A stretch of DNA of 64,000 nucleotides. It comes from Myxococcota bacterium (lineage in GTDB: Bacteria > Myxococcota_A > UBA9160 > UBA6930). A model generated the notes under the pieces. The model saw nothing but the letters and a program-made list of their open reading frames with translations, was not told the DNA's origin and searched no databases. Location: NCBI GenBank assembly GCA_965223705.1, contig OZ245015.1, forward strand, positions 224,001 through 288,000. The letters are read 5' to 3'. Of this stretch, positions 21,488 through 31,755 are shown in pieces. The stretch's first letter is position 1. Every line of letters starts with the position of its first letter. The translations under genes were made by a program, and so were the position numbers.

Positions 21488-22627
21488 ATGGACTTTCAGC
21501 TTTCCGACGAGCAGCTGGCCCTTCGCGAGACGGCACACCGCTTCGCCGAAGAAGAAATCGCGCCGGTCGCAGCCGAGTTTGACGAGCAGGAGAAGTTTCC
21601 GCGGGATCTGATTGAGAAAGCTTGGCACCTCGGCCTGATGAACTTGTGCATTCCCGAGGCCTATGGAGGCGTGGGTCTCGGCATGCACGACGCGTGTCTC
21701 GTCTACGAGGAGGTCGCGTGGGGATGCGGGGGTGTCGGCACCTCCACCATGGTGAACGACCTCGGCTTGTTGCCGATTCGCGTCGGCGGCAGCGAAGACC
21801 AGAAGAAGGAGTGGTTCAGCTACCTCCTGTCGGATTTCTCCCTGATCTCGTTCTGCTTATCGGAGCCGGAAGCGGGCTCCGACGTGGCGGGGATGCAACT
21901 GGCCGTCGAAAAGGACGGCGAGAGCTACATCTTGAACGGGACCAAGTGCTGGATCACGAACGGCGGCGAAGCGGATTGCTACACCGTCTTCGGAAGCCTC
22001 GACCGCTCGAGCCGGCACAAAGGCATCTGTGCGTTCGTGCTTCCGTCGGACTTGCCCGGCATCACCAAGGGCAAGAAGGAAGAAAAGCTCGGCCATCGGG
22101 CCAGCGACACGCGGGTGATTCATTTCGACAACGTGCGCGTTCCGGCGGCGAATCGCCTCGGCGAAGAGGGCGAGGGCTTTCGCATCGCGATGCAGACCCT
22201 CGATACGAGCCGGCCGGGCATCGCCGCGTTGGCCAATGGGATCGCGCAGCGGGCGCTCGACGAATCCACCGCGTACGCCAAGGAGCGCAAGGCGTTCGGT
22301 GGCACCATCGCCGACTTTCAAGCCGTGCAGTTCATGCTGGCCGACATGGCGAAAGATCTCGAGGCTTCCCGGCTGCTCACCCAACAGAGCGCCTGGATGG
22401 TGGACCAGGGCATGAACGCGTCGAAGTACTCCTCCTTCGCGAAGTGCTTCGCGACCGATGCCTGTATGAAGGCCACGATTGACGCGGTTCAGATTTTCGG
22501 GGGCAATGGCTACACTCGCGAGTACCCGGTAGAAAAGCTGATGCGGGACGCGAAGCTGATGCAGATCTACGAGGGCACGAACCAGATTCAGCGGGTCGTG
22601 ATCGCTCGGGAGCTGCTCAAGGGCTAG
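21488..22627 (+). CDS. Acyl-CoA dehydrogenase
   Basis: [35 protein letters not shown]. Confidence 0.95.
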   Translation: MDFQLSDEQLALRETAHRFAEEEIAPVAAEFDEQEKFPRDLIEKAWHLGLMNLCIPEAYGGVGLGMHDACLVYEEVAWGCGGVGTSTMVNDLGLLPIRVGGSEDQKKEWFSYLLSDFSLISFCLSEPEAGSDVAGMQLAVEKDGESYILNGTKCWITNGGEADCYTVFGSLDRSSRHKGICAFVLPSDLPGITKGKKEEKLGHRASDTRVIHFDNVRVPAANRLGEEGEGFRIAMQTLDTSRPGIAALANGIAQRALDESTAYAKERKAFGGTIADFQAVQFMLADMAKDLEASRLLTQQSAWMVDQGMNASKYSSFAKCFATDACMKATIDAVQIFGGNGYTREYPVEKLMRDAKLMQIYEGTNQIQRVVIARELLKG

Positions 22628-22647
22628 TACACCCCCACGGGGTGGTC

Positions 22648-22656
22648 TGATACAAT
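22648..22656 (+). promoter_or_regulatory. Possible extended -10 promoter for malic enzyme/carboxylase genes
   Basis: TGATACAAT (TGn-TACAAT) in intergenic space. Confidence 0.4.
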
Positions 22657-22718
22657 CCGCGACCCGGCGCCGCGCGGGCGAAACCGCCCGGCCCATTTCG
22701 CGAACTCCGAGGACCCCC

Positions 22719-24005
22719 GTGACTTCGAGAAAAGAGGCCCTCGCCTACCACGCCGATGGCCGCCCTGGGAAACTGTCGGTCGAACCGACGAAGCCCACGG
22801 CGACGCAAAACGACCTTGCGCTGGCCTACAGCCCAGGCGTCGCTGAACCCTGCCGGGAAATCGCGAAGCACCCGGAGGACGCCTATCGCTATACGGCGAA
22901 AGGCAACCTCGTCGCGGTCATTTCGAATGGGACCGCGGTACTCGGGCTCGGAAACATCGGAGCGCTGGCCGGGAAGCCCGTAATGGAAGGCAAGGGCGTC
23001 TTGTTCAAAGCGTTCGCCGACATTGATGTGTTCGACATCGAGATCGACAGCGAAGACCCGGAAGAGGTGATCCGGACGGTGCAGCTCATCGCGCCGACGT
23101 TCGGGGGCATCAACCTCGAGGACATCCGAGCCCCGGATTGCTTTGAGATCGAGCGGCGCCTGAAGGAGAGCGTCGACATCCCGGTGTTCCACGACGATCA
23201 GCACGGAACCGCCATCATTTGCGCGGCAGCGTTGTTGAACGCGCTGGAGCTCACCGGTCGGCGGCCCGAAGAGGCGCGCGTCGTTTTCTCCGGTGCGGGC
23301 GCAGCGTCGCTCTCGTGCGCGAGATTGTTCTGCGACTTCGGCGTACGCCGCGAGAACGTCTTGATGACGGACCGCCGGGGTGTGATTCACCGCGAGCGCT
23401 TGTCCGAGCTGAATGAGTACAAGCGAGAGTTCGCCGCGGACACGGAGCGGCGCTCTTTGGCCGACGCTCTCGTCGACGCCGACGTCTTCGTCGGGCTGTC
23501 GCAGGCCGGACTCGTCACCCGAGACATGGTGCGCAGCATGGCGCCCCGCCCCATCATCTTCGCGATGGCGAACCCCGACCCCGAGATTTCCCCCGACGAC
23601 GTCGCATCTGTGCGCGACGACGCGATCATGGCGACCGGGAGGTCGGACTATCCGAATCAAGTCAACAACGTCTTGGGGTTCCCGTTTATCTTTCGCGGTG
23701 CACTCGACGTGCACGCGACCGGAATCAACGAAGAGATGAAGCGGGCGGCGACGACGGCTCTGGCCGAACTCGCGAGAAGCGACGAAGCGATACCCGAGGT
23801 CGTCAAGCGGGCGTACCCGAACCGCTCACTTCGCTTCGGCCCGGACTACATCATTCCCACTCCGTTTGATCCGCGCGCGCTCCTCCGGGTGGCGCCCGCA
23901 GTCGCACAAGCCGCCATGGATACCGGCGTGGCGCGCCGAACCATCGAGCTCTCCGCATATCGAGAGAAGCTCGAACAAACCGTCGAAGCTTTGGCGTCGC
24001 GGTAA
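22719..24005 (+). CDS. Malic enzyme (MaeB-type catalytic domain, no PTA domain)
   Basis: [55 protein letters not shown]. Confidence 0.92.
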   Translation: MTSRKEALAYHADGRPGKLSVEPTKPTATQNDLALAYSPGVAEPCREIAKHPEDAYRYTAKGNLVAVISNGTAVLGLGNIGALAGKPVMEGKGVLFKAFADIDVFDIEIDSEDPEEVIRTVQLIAPTFGGINLEDIRAPDCFEIERRLKESVDIPVFHDDQHGTAIICAAALLNALELTGRRPEEARVVFSGAGAASLSCARLFCDFGVRRENVLMTDRRGVIHRERLSELNEYKREFAADTERRSLADALVDADVFVGLSQAGLVTRDMVRSMAPRPIIFAMANPDPEISPDDVASVRDDAIMATGRSDYPNQVNNVLGFPFIFRGALDVHATGINEEMKRAATTALAELARSDEAIPEVVKRAYPNRSLRFGPDYIIPTPFDPRALLRVAPAVAQAAMDTGVARRTIELSAYREKLEQTVEALASR

Positions 24006-24022
24006 CCAGAAGAGAGAGCAAC

Positions 24023-25573
24023 ATGTCGATCGAGGAGCGAATCAAGCGGCTCGAAGAGCTCTCGGCCACGGCCGAGCAGGGCGGAGGCGCCGCCCGAATC
24101 GAGCGTCAACACGAGAGCGGGAGAATGACCGCGCGCGAGCGAATCGAGCTGTTGCTCGATCCTGGTAGTTTTTCCGAGATCGACAAGTTCGTCGTCCATC
24201 GCTGCAACGACTTCGGAATGGAGAAGAACCGGATACCCGGCGACGGCGTGGTCACCGGCTCCGGCCGGATCGACGGGCGCACGGTGTTCTTGTTCGCACA
24301 GGATTTTACCGTGTTCGGTGGAAGCCTCTCGGCGACGTTTGCCGAAAAGATCTGCAAGGTCATGGATCTCGCCGCGAAGGTCGGAGCACCATTTATCGGC
24401 CTCAACGACGGAGCGGGGGCGCGCATCCAAGAAGGTGTGGCTTCCCTCGCGGGCTACGGCTCGGTCTTCTACCGGAACGTGATGTCTTCGGCGGTGGTCC
24501 CGCAGATTTCGGCAATCATGGGACCGTGCGCCGGCGGCGCCGTCTATTCGCCCGCAATGACCGACTTCATCATCATGGTGAAGAACACGAGCAATATGTT
24601 CATCACCGGTCCCGACGTCGTGAAGACCGTGACCCACGAAGAGGTGAGCGCCGAAGACCTCGGGGGTGCGAACACCCACGCCACCAAGAGCGGCGTGTGC
24701 GCGTTCGCCGCCGGTTCCGAGCAGGAAGCGATCGGGACGATCCGCAAACTCCTCTCGTACTTGCCGGCCAACAACCTCGAGGATCCGCCGTTTCTCGAGA
24801 CCGACGACGATCCGCACCGAATGGAATCCGCGCTCCACGCCTTGGTGCCGGACAATCCGAACAAGCCCTACGACATGCGCGAGCTGATCAAGATGGTGGT
24901 CGATGACGGTGACTTCCTCGAAGTCCACGCGCAGTGGGCCCGGAACATCGTGGTCGGCTTTGCACGCTTTGGCGGCCGAGCCGTGGGTGTTGTCGCAAAC
25001 CAGCCAGCGCATCTCGCGGGTTGTCTCGACATCGACAGCTCGAGGAAGGGCGCCCGATTCGTGCGCTTCTGCGATGCGTTCAATATCCCGCTAGTCACGT
25101 TCGTGGACGTTCCGGGCTTTCTCCCCGGAACGGATCAAGAGTACGACGGCATCATTACGCACGGATCGAAACTCCTCTACGCCTTCTGCGAAGCGACGGT
25201 TCCGCGTATCTCGGTTGCCACGCGAAAAGCGTACGGCGGTGCGTACGTCGTCATGAACAGCCGGAGCGTCGGTGCCGATATGTATTTCGCGTACCCGACG
25301 TCGGAGTTCGCCGTGATGGGTCCGGACGGTGCGGTGAACATCGTCTTCCGCAAGGAGCTGGCCGACGCCGACGACGCGGTCGCGAGGAAGGAAGAGCTCG
25401 TCGAGGACTATCGCGAGAAGTTCGCGAACCCGTTCAAAGCGGCGGAGCTCGGGTTGGTCGACGAAGTCATCCGGCCCGAAGAGACGCGCCCGAAAATCAT
25501 TCAAGCCCTCAACTTGCTCGCAAACAAACGGGCGGAAAATCCGCCCAAGAAACACGGCAACGTCCCGCTCTAA
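24023..25573 (+). CDS. pccB: Acyl-CoA (propionyl-CoA type) carboxylase carboxyltransferase subunit
   Basis: [45 protein letters not shown]. Confidence 0.9.
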   Translation: MSIEERIKRLEELSATAEQGGGAARIERQHESGRMTARERIELLLDPGSFSEIDKFVVHRCNDFGMEKNRIPGDGVVTGSGRIDGRTVFLFAQDFTVFGGSLSATFAEKICKVMDLAAKVGAPFIGLNDGAGARIQEGVASLAGYGSVFYRNVMSSAVVPQISAIMGPCAGGAVYSPAMTDFIIMVKNTSNMFITGPDVVKTVTHEEVSAEDLGGANTHATKSGVCAFAAGSEQEAIGTIRKLLSYLPANNLEDPPFLETDDDPHRMESALHALVPDNPNKPYDMRELIKMVVDDGDFLEVHAQWARNIVVGFARFGGRAVGVVANQPAHLAGCLDIDSSRKGARFVRFCDAFNIPLVTFVDVPGFLPGTDQEYDGIITHGSKLLYAFCEATVPRISVATRKAYGGAYVVMNSRSVGADMYFAYPTSEFAVMGPDGAVNIVFRKELADADDAVARKEELVEDYREKFANPFKAAELGLVDEVIRPEETRPKIIQALNLLANKRAENPPKKHGNVPL

Positions 25574-25583
25574 GAGGCTACTC

Positions 25584-27110
25584 ATGTTTTCCAAGGTGCT
25601 CATTGCCAACCGCGGGGAAATCGCGGTCCGTGTGATTCGGGCTTGCCGCGAGCTCGACGTAAAAACCGTCGCGGTGTACTCGGACGTCGATCGCGACGCA
25701 CTCCACGTCCGGCTGGCCGACGAGGCGTACCACTGCGGGGCGCCCCCGGCCGCGGAGTCCTACCTACGTGTCGATCGCATTCTCGAGATCGCACGCGAGT
25801 CGGGCGCCGAAGCGATTCACCCGGGATACGGGTTCCTCTCGGAGAACGGCGACTTTGCCGAGCGCTGCGCCGAAGAGGGGATCGTCTTCATCGGCCCGGC
25901 CGGGTCCGTGATGCGTCAGATGGGCGACAAGGTAACCGCCCGACAAACGATGGAGAAAGCGAACGTTCCCATCGTCCCGGGAACGACCGAACGGCTCACC
26001 GACGAAGAGGCGAAGCAGTGGATGGAGAAGATCGGCTTGCCGGTGATGGTGAAGGCAAGCGCCGGCGGGGGCGGCAAGGGGATGCGTCTCGTCCGCGAGG
26101 CGAAGGAAATTGATCAAGCGCTCCAGCGCGCTCGGAGCGAGGCGAAGGCCTCGTTCGGCGACGACTCGCTCTATATCGAGAAGTTTGTCGAGGAACCGCG
26201 GCACGTCGAGATTCAGATTCTCGCGGATACCCACGGCAACGTGGTCCACTTGTTCGAGCGGGAGTGCTCCATTCAGCGGCGCCATCAGAAAGTGATCGAG
26301 GAAGCTCCGGCCAACCGCATGACCGAGGACCTCCGCGCCCGGATGGGCGAGGCGGCAGTGGCCGCCGCCAAGGCGGTCGGCTACCAGGGAGCGGGCACCT
26401 GCGAGTTCCTCGTCGACGCGAAAGGCGATTTCTACTTCCTCGAAATGAACACGCGTGTACAGGTGGAGCACGCGATCACCGAGGCGATCACCGGTATCGA
26501 CATCGTGAAGACGATGATCGCGACGGCATCGGGGGAGCCCTTGCCGTTTCGGCAGGAAGATCTCGCGATTCGCGGCCACGCGTTCGAAGCGCGGATCTAC
26601 GCGGAGGACCCGGACAAGAATTTCGTGCCGTCGCCGGGGGAGATCACGGTCTATCGCCCTCCCGACGGGATCGGGGTCCGCGTCGACGGGGGCGTGTACC
26701 AGGGGGCGACGGTGACTGTGAACTACGATCCCATGGTCGCGAAGCTCGTCGTCTGGGGCGCGACGCGACAGGAATCGATCGATCGGTTGCGACGCGCGTT
26801 GCAGGAGTTCGTGGTCAAGGGCATCAAGACTTCGATTCCGTTCCACTTGAAAGTGTTGCGGCACGAGAAGTTCATCGAGGGGCACTACGACACCGGCTTT
26901 ATCGACGACCACATGGCCGGCGGCAAAGGTGCACCCGAAGAGCCCGGCGAAGAGCGGCAGACCGCCCAGGCGCTGGCGGCGATTGCCGCGTTCCGCCGGG
27001 ACAAAGAGCGCGCCGAGCGCGTGTCCTCTTCCGGGGCGAATGCGTCGGCTGGCACTGCAGCTCCGTGGAAAGAATTTGGGCGCCGTCGCCAGATGGGGAG
27101 GCTGTCGTGA
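25584..27110 (+). CDS. Biotin carboxylase subunit
   Basis: ANRGEIA, HPGYGFLSEN, GGGGKGMR, RECSIQRRHQK, EMNTRVQVEH, YDPM. Confidence 0.95.
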   Translation: MFSKVLIANRGEIAVRVIRACRELDVKTVAVYSDVDRDALHVRLADEAYHCGAPPAAESYLRVDRILEIARESGAEAIHPGYGFLSENGDFAERCAEEGIVFIGPAGSVMRQMGDKVTARQTMEKANVPIVPGTTERLTDEEAKQWMEKIGLPVMVKASAGGGGKGMRLVREAKEIDQALQRARSEAKASFGDDSLYIEKFVEEPRHVEIQILADTHGNVVHLFERECSIQRRHQKVIEEAPANRMTEDLRARMGEAAVAAAKAVGYQGAGTCEFLVDAKGDFYFLEMNTRVQVEHAITEAITGIDIVKTMIATASGEPLPFRQEDLAIRGHAFEARIYAEDPDKNFVPSPGEITVYRPPDGIGVRVDGGVYQGATVTVNYDPMVAKLVVWGATRQESIDRLRRALQEFVVKGIKTSIPFHLKVLRHEKFIEGHYDTGFIDDHMAGGKGAPEEPGEERQTAQALAAIAAFRRDKERAERVSSSGANASAGTAAPWKEFGRRRQMGRLS

Positions 27111-27625
27111 TTTACGAAGTTCGCGAAGGGAAAGAGAGCGCCCGGGTCGAGCTCCGCGAGACCGGCGAGAACAGCTACGAGGTCCTCATCGACGGGAAAG
27201 CGGTCCACGTCGACGTCACGAAGAGCGCGCGGACGATCTATTCCGTCATCGAGGACGGCCGGCAGTACGAGGCGATGGTCGACGAACGCAAAGGCGACCG
27301 GTTGGACGTCACCGTGGGCGGAAGGATGTTCCACTTCGACGTCGTCGACGAACGAACGCGCATGCTGGCGGAAGCCGGTGGTGGCGCCCTCAGCGGCCCG
27401 CAGACGATCGCCGCAGACATGCCGGGGAAGATCGTCAAGATCGATGCGCAGGCCGGGCAGGCGGTCACCGAGGGTGAGGTCATTCTGATTATCGAGGCGA
27501 TGAAGATGGAGAATCCCATCGCATCGCCGATCGACGGCGTGGTGACAGCGATCGATGTGAGCGAAGGGGACGCCGTCGAGGGGGGCGCGACGCTGTTTAC
27601 CGTTGAGCCGGCGGCAGAGTCTTAG
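27107..27625 (+). CDS. Biotin carboxyl carrier protein
   Basis: EAMKM biotinylation motif, MPGKIV; GTGA overlap with biotin carboxylase. Confidence 0.92.
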   Translation: MIYEVREGKESARVELRETGENSYEVLIDGKAVHVDVTKSARTIYSVIEDGRQYEAMVDERKGDRLDVTVGGRMFHFDVVDERTRMLAEAGGGALSGPQTIAADMPGKIVKIDAQAGQAVTEGEVILIIEAMKMENPIASPIDGVVTAIDVSEGDAVEGGATLFTVEPAAES

Positions 27626-28349
27626 CGTCGACGCCGCGCTTGGCGAAGAGCCCTCCCGCCACAGCTCCGATCAGGTAGAGCACGAATAGCGGGCCGGCGA
27701 GCAAGACCTGGCTGATGATATCCGGCGGCGTGAGCACGGCTCCGAGCACGAAAGCGACGAGCAGGCCGTACTTGCTTCCCGTGATCAGCCGCCGCGTGGT
27801 CACCAGTCCGGTCGCTGCCGCAAAGAACACGAGAACCGGCAGCTCGAAGCCGATGCCGAATGCGACGAACAAGCGCGTGGTGAGCGCGAACACTTCGCGC
27901 ATCGTCCAGGCCGACGCGACGAAGTCCGTCGCAAAGCCGGAGAAGAACTCGAAGACGAGCGGGAAGACCAAGCCGTAGCCGAAACTCGCGCCGCCGGCGA
28001 ACAGGACCGTCGAAGCGAGGACGAAGGGCACGGCGAAACGTTTCTCATTGGCGTAGAGACCCGGGGCGACGAAGGCCCAGACCTGCCAGAAGAACACCGG
28101 CGTCGATAGGACAAACCCCGCCAAGAGTGCGCACTTCAGATACGTGAAGAAGATTTCCGTCGGTGCGATCGCCTGCAGGGGTGCATCCGGTCCGAGGGCC
28201 GCGAGCGCGGGGGCGAGCAGCGCGCCGAAGATCTCCTCGCGCAGCTTCCAGCACAGGACCGACGCGGCGCCCCAGGCGAGCAAGATCCAGATGATGCGAC
28301 GGCGGAGCTCCGCCAGGTGCTCCGTGAGCGGGAGCTCGGCGTCATCCAC
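27597..28349 (-). CDS. tatC: Twin-arginine translocase TatC
   Basis: [28 protein letters not shown]. Confidence 0.95.
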   Translation of the reverse strand: MDDAELPLTEHLAELRRRIIWILLAWGAASVLCWKLREEIFGALLAPALAALGPDAPLQAIAPTEIFFTYLKCALLAGFVLSTPVFFWQVWAFVAPGLYANEKRFAVPFVLASTVLFAGGASFGYGLVFPLVFEFFSGFATDFVASAWTMREVFALTTRLFVAFGIGFELPVLVFFAAATGLVTTRRLITGSKYGLLVAFVLGAVLTPPDIISQVLLAGPLFVLYLIGAVAGGLFAKRGVDAKTLPPAQR

Positions 28350-28614
28350 CGCTAGGCGGATCCTCTTCGCCGGACGGTGTCGATGTGGCAGCGGACTGCG
28401 GTGCGTTCTTCGCCGGGGCGCCCGGAGTCTCGGGCGGTTCCGGCTTGTCTTCCGCGGCTTCGATGAGGCTCGAGCGCAAGTCGGAGGACGCCCGGCGGAA
28501 TTCCGCCATTCCGCGGCCGAGAGAACGCGCCATTTCGGGAAGTTTGCTCGGGCCGAAGATCAGGAGCGCCACCACGAGGATGACGAGAAGCTCAGGTAGG
28601 CCGATTCCAAACAC
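28342..28614 (-). CDS. Twin-arginine translocase TatA/TatB family
   Basis: [27 protein letters not shown]. Confidence 0.92.
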   Translation of the reverse strand: MFGIGLPELLVILVVALLIFGPSKLPEMARSLGRGMAEFRRASSDLRSSLIEAAEDKPEPPETPGAPAKNAPQSAATSTPSGEEDPPSGG

Positions 28615-28644
28615 AAGGACCCCGCGGTTACGTCGAATCTAGCC

Positions 28645-28785
28645 TGTGCGGTGGCCCGCCGCTCCGCGTCGCAACGCGATCGCGCTCCCCCCATTTTCAG
28701 CGCGATCGGCCGCTCTGCGGAACGACGGGCCCACTCTCCAACCTCTCGGGGGCGGGCTCGGCTGCCCGCCGACCTTCATCATCGT
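28645..28785 (-). ncRNA. Putative sigma54-dependent structured RNA (sRNA or tat leader)
   Basis: 7-bp hairpin (28751-28770) and ~84-nt long hairpin (28651-28734) with G-U pairs that form only on the minus strand; starts at predicted +1 of the sigma54-like promoter; 3' end uncertain. Confidence 0.5.
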
Positions 28786-28795
28786 GCACATCTTC

Positions 28796-28903
28796 TTCAA
28801 GAGTCGTGCCACGCCTCGGGAATTCCCTAACCGCTTGATTTTCCTCTCGTTGGACCCACTGGGGCGGCGGCACCCCGACCGCTCTTGCGTTCCGATCGGA
28901 ACG
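28796..28903 (-). promoter_or_regulatory. Sigma54-like promoter with IHF site and palindromic enhancer candidate
   Basis: Minus strand TGGCACGACTCTTGAA (28811-28796; -12 is GA not GC); IHF consensus AATCAAGCGGTTA (28840-28828); perfect palindrome CGTTCCGATCGGAACG (28888-28903). Confidence 0.65.
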
Positions 28904-29003
28904 ACACACGCAACTCCGCCGCCAACCACCTCGCGGAGCGCGATTTTCGAACCGTACAAAGCGGAACATCAAGCGCGCGCGATCGCACACCGATAGACCT
29001 TCC

Positions 29004-29840
29004 GTGTGGGTTCCTCGACACGAAAAACTGAGAATCGCCGGGCTCGTCATCGCCCTTTTCCTGGCGCAGTCCGCGGGCGGTGAGATTTACCGTTGGGTGG
29101 ACGCTCAGGGTCGTGTGCATTTCACCCAAAATCTCTCCCAGGTGCCGCCGGATCAGCGCAAGAGCGCGTCACCCGCGGCACAGAGCGATCGCATTCAGGT
29201 CTATGACGCCCCCGCGACCACCCCCCGCCGGGTGAACCGTCACAAACAGGCGCATCGGGTTCCCTTCGTCAGTCGGGCCCAGGTCATGCTCGTTCAGGCG
29301 AAGATCGACGACGCGATCACGTTGACGTCGCTCGTCGATTCCGGTGCGAGCGTCGTCGTGGTCCCGACGCGCGTCGCGCAGGCTCTCGGCTACGACTTGG
29401 GACCCGGCGTGCGTCGTATTCCGATGCAGACCGCGAACGGCACCGTCATGCAGCCCGTCATCACCCTTCGCTCCGTCGAGCTCGGAAGCGCACGCGTCGA
29501 GAACGTCACGGCGGTCGTGAGCGACAGCATGAGTCAGGGCCTGATCGGGGGCTCGTTCATCAACAACTTCGTCTATCAAGTCGACGCCGCCGACCAAGTC
29601 ATCGTGCTCCGACCCAACGACCGCGTCCGCAGCGGTGCCAGCCGCGCGCAATGGCAGCGGAGTTTCCGCGACGTGCGCGGGGCACTGATGCGGGTGGATC
29701 GCTACCTCGACGAGAACGAACTCACCGACGCATCGCGCGTCCGAGAACTCGAGTCTCGTCGCAGCGCGCTTCGCGAAGAATTGGCGCAGCTCGAAAAAGC
29801 TGCGAACAACGCCGGAGTCCCCCAAGCATGGCGCGACTAG
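29004..29840 (+). CDS. Exported retropepsin-like (clan AA) aspartic protease with DUF4124-like N-terminus
   Basis: Signal peptide; EIYRWVDAQGRVHFT; VDSGAS; TANG; GLIGGSF. Confidence 0.85.
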   Translation: MWVPRHEKLRIAGLVIALFLAQSAGGEIYRWVDAQGRVHFTQNLSQVPPDQRKSASPAAQSDRIQVYDAPATTPRRVNRHKQAHRVPFVSRAQVMLVQAKIDDAITLTSLVDSGASVVVVPTRVAQALGYDLGPGVRRIPMQTANGTVMQPVITLRSVELGSARVENVTAVVSDSMSQGLIGGSFINNFVYQVDAADQVIVLRPNDRVRSGASRAQWQRSFRDVRGALMRVDRYLDENELTDASRVRELESRRSALREELAQLEKAANNAGVPQAWRD

Positions 29841-30346
29841 TAAGCCTGTGCATCGCGACCTTCGCGGTTCTCGGTATCAGTGGATCGGCCGAAGCCGAGA
29901 TCTACCGTTGCGTAGCGCGGGACGGAACCGTCACGTACACCAGTAGCGAGTCCGCTTGTCCCGGAGCCAAGCCCCACAAGCTGCGCGGACGAATCGAGCG
30001 CGTGAACAAAGCGCCGCCGCCGGCGCGCGCCGTACGGCGCCCACAACCCGCCCCCGAGGCGGGTCAGGCCGCGCAGTGGCGAGCCAAGAAGGCGGCCGCG
30101 AAACAACAGCTCGATGTGACGACCCAACGCAGCGAGCAGTTCCGACACTTCGTTACCTGGTGCAACCGCGGCGGGGACCTCTACCAGACCGACCGGTCCG
30201 GTTTGCGTCGGCAATACTCCTGCGAAGATGCGGATCGCGAGTGGGAGAACGCGAAGCGGCAACGCGACGCGGCGGCTCAATATCTCGCAGAGGGACTCGA
30301 AGAGGAATGCCGGCGGTCGGGCTGCCTGCCCGGTTGGATTCGCTGA
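29828..30346 (+). CDS. Exported DUF4124-like protein
   Basis: Signal peptide ending AEA; EIYRCVARDGTVTYT; C-terminus CRRSGCLPGWIR. Confidence 0.7.
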   Translation: MARLVSLCIATFAVLGISGSAEAEIYRCVARDGTVTYTSSESACPGAKPHKLRGRIERVNKAPPPARAVRRPQPAPEAGQAAQWRAKKAAAKQQLDVTTQRSEQFRHFVTWCNRGGDLYQTDRSGLRRQYSCEDADREWENAKRQRDAAAQYLAEGLEEECRRSGCLPGWIR

Positions 30347-30349
30347 GGC

Positions 30350-31723
30350 CTACGACGGAGGCGGCGACGAAATCCCGTAGCGATCCATTTTGCGCTTGAG
30401 TACGCGACGCGTAATTCCCAACGCTTCCGCGGCTCGGGTTTGATTCCAGTTCGCCCGCGTAAGAGCCTCACGGAGGATCTGCCGTTCGAAACTTGTCGTC
30501 GCTTGATCGAGTTTCAGGTTCCCTTCGACGACTTCGCCTTGGAGCGCGCGCACATCGCTTCTGCGTCGGAACGACTCCGGAAGATCCTCGACGCGAACAG
30601 CCTCGCCCGGTGCGAGTGCGACGCAACGCTCGACCACGTTCTGTAGTTCGCGAACGTTGCCAGGCCACGCGTGTCGCTCGAGCACCCGGAGGGCCTCGGC
30701 GTCGAAGCGCTTCGGGCCGCGCCCTTCGCGCGCCCTCGCCCGCTCGATGAACGCTTGCGCGAGCCGCGCGATATCTCCCTCGCGCTCGCGGAGCGGCGGA
30801 ACGTGGATCGGGATGACGTGGATGCGAAAAAAGAGGTCCTGACGGAAGCGCCCCGCCGCCACTTCGGCCTCGAGGTCGCGATGCGTGGCGGCCACCAGCC
30901 GCGCGGTTATTTCGATTTCTTGACCGCCCCCGACGCGTTCGATCACGCGCTCCTGTAGAGCCCGCAGAAGTTTGGCCTGAACACCCAAGCCGAGTTCAGC
31001 CACTTCATCGAGGAAAAGCGTGCCGGAGCCCGCGGCTTCAAACTTCCCGACGCGGCGTTCTACAGCGTCGGTGAAAGCGCCGCGTTCGTGCCCGAAGAGT
31101 TCGCTTTCGAGAAGTGCGTCCGGGATGGCCGCGCAGTTCACCGCGACGAAGGGCTCGTCGCGACGGAGGCCGGTTTCGTGAATGGCCCGCGCGACGAGCT
31201 CCTTGCCCGTTCCACTCTCGCCGGTAATGAGTACGTTGGCCGAGTTCAGGGCGACCCGTTCGAGGGTATCGCGCAGCGTGCGCATCGCGGGACTGTCGCC
31301 GAGGAGCGCAGCCTCGGCGCCTTTTTGTGGTGGCAGGTCGGGCTCCTTCTCCGGCGCGTCCGGCGCCGCGCCGGCGACGAGCTTCGCAACGCGCTCGCGC
31401 AACTCCGCAGCTTCGAAGGGCTTCGTGATGTAGTCGCTCGCGCCGAGCCGCATCGCTTCGACGGCGCTTTCGACGGTCCGCGTCGCGGTCACGACGACAA
31501 CCGGGGGTACGCCGCCGCTCTCGCGCCAAGCGGCGAGGAAATCGAGACCGCTCTCGCCCGGCATGATGAGATCCAAGAGGATGAGGTCCGGCGCGTGTTC
31601 GGCCAACGCGGCGAGCCCCTCGCGTACCGACGCCGCCGTGTGAACTTCGTGTGCACCGCGAAGGATCATGCGAAGGGATTCACGAACCCCCCGCTCGTCA
31701 TCAATGACCAGCACCCGCCCCAT
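30350..31723 (-). CDS. NtrC-family sigma54-dependent response regulator (REC-AAA+-Fis HTH)
   Basis: VIDD, LLD, KPF; GESGTGKE, ESELFGHERGAFTDA, LFLDE, WPGNVREL; NQTRAAEALGI. Confidence 0.95.
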   Translation of the reverse strand: MGRVLVIDDERGVRESLRMILRGAHEVHTAASVREGLAALAEHAPDLILLDLIMPGESGLDFLAAWRESGGVPPVVVVTATRTVESAVEAMRLGASDYITKPFEAAELRERVAKLVAGAAPDAPEKEPDLPPQKGAEAALLGDSPAMRTLRDTLERVALNSANVLITGESGTGKELVARAIHETGLRRDEPFVAVNCAAIPDALLESELFGHERGAFTDAVERRVGKFEAAGSGTLFLDEVAELGLGVQAKLLRALQERVIERVGGGQEIEITARLVAATHRDLEAEVAAGRFRQDLFFRIHVIPIHVPPLREREGDIARLAQAFIERARAREGRGPKRFDAEALRVLERHAWPGNVRELQNVVERCVALAPGEAVRVEDLPESFRRRSDVRALQGEVVEGNLKLDQATTSFERQILREALTRANWNQTRAAEALGITRRVLKRKMDRYGISSPPPS

Positions 31724-31755
31724 CAGAGCGGAAGGTAACAGCTCTCACGCCGGTT

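Noticed and set aside
28639..28959. 106-aa minus-strand ORF and overlapping short ORFs
   Set aside because: No recognisable domain or SD, and it runs through the promoter elements and hairpins; a short peptide cannot be fully excluded.
30350..31723. GAFTDA instead of GAFTGA as a sign of inactivity
   Set aside because: GAFTDA is a common variant keeping the Phe-Thr pair, and the other AAA+ motifs are intact.
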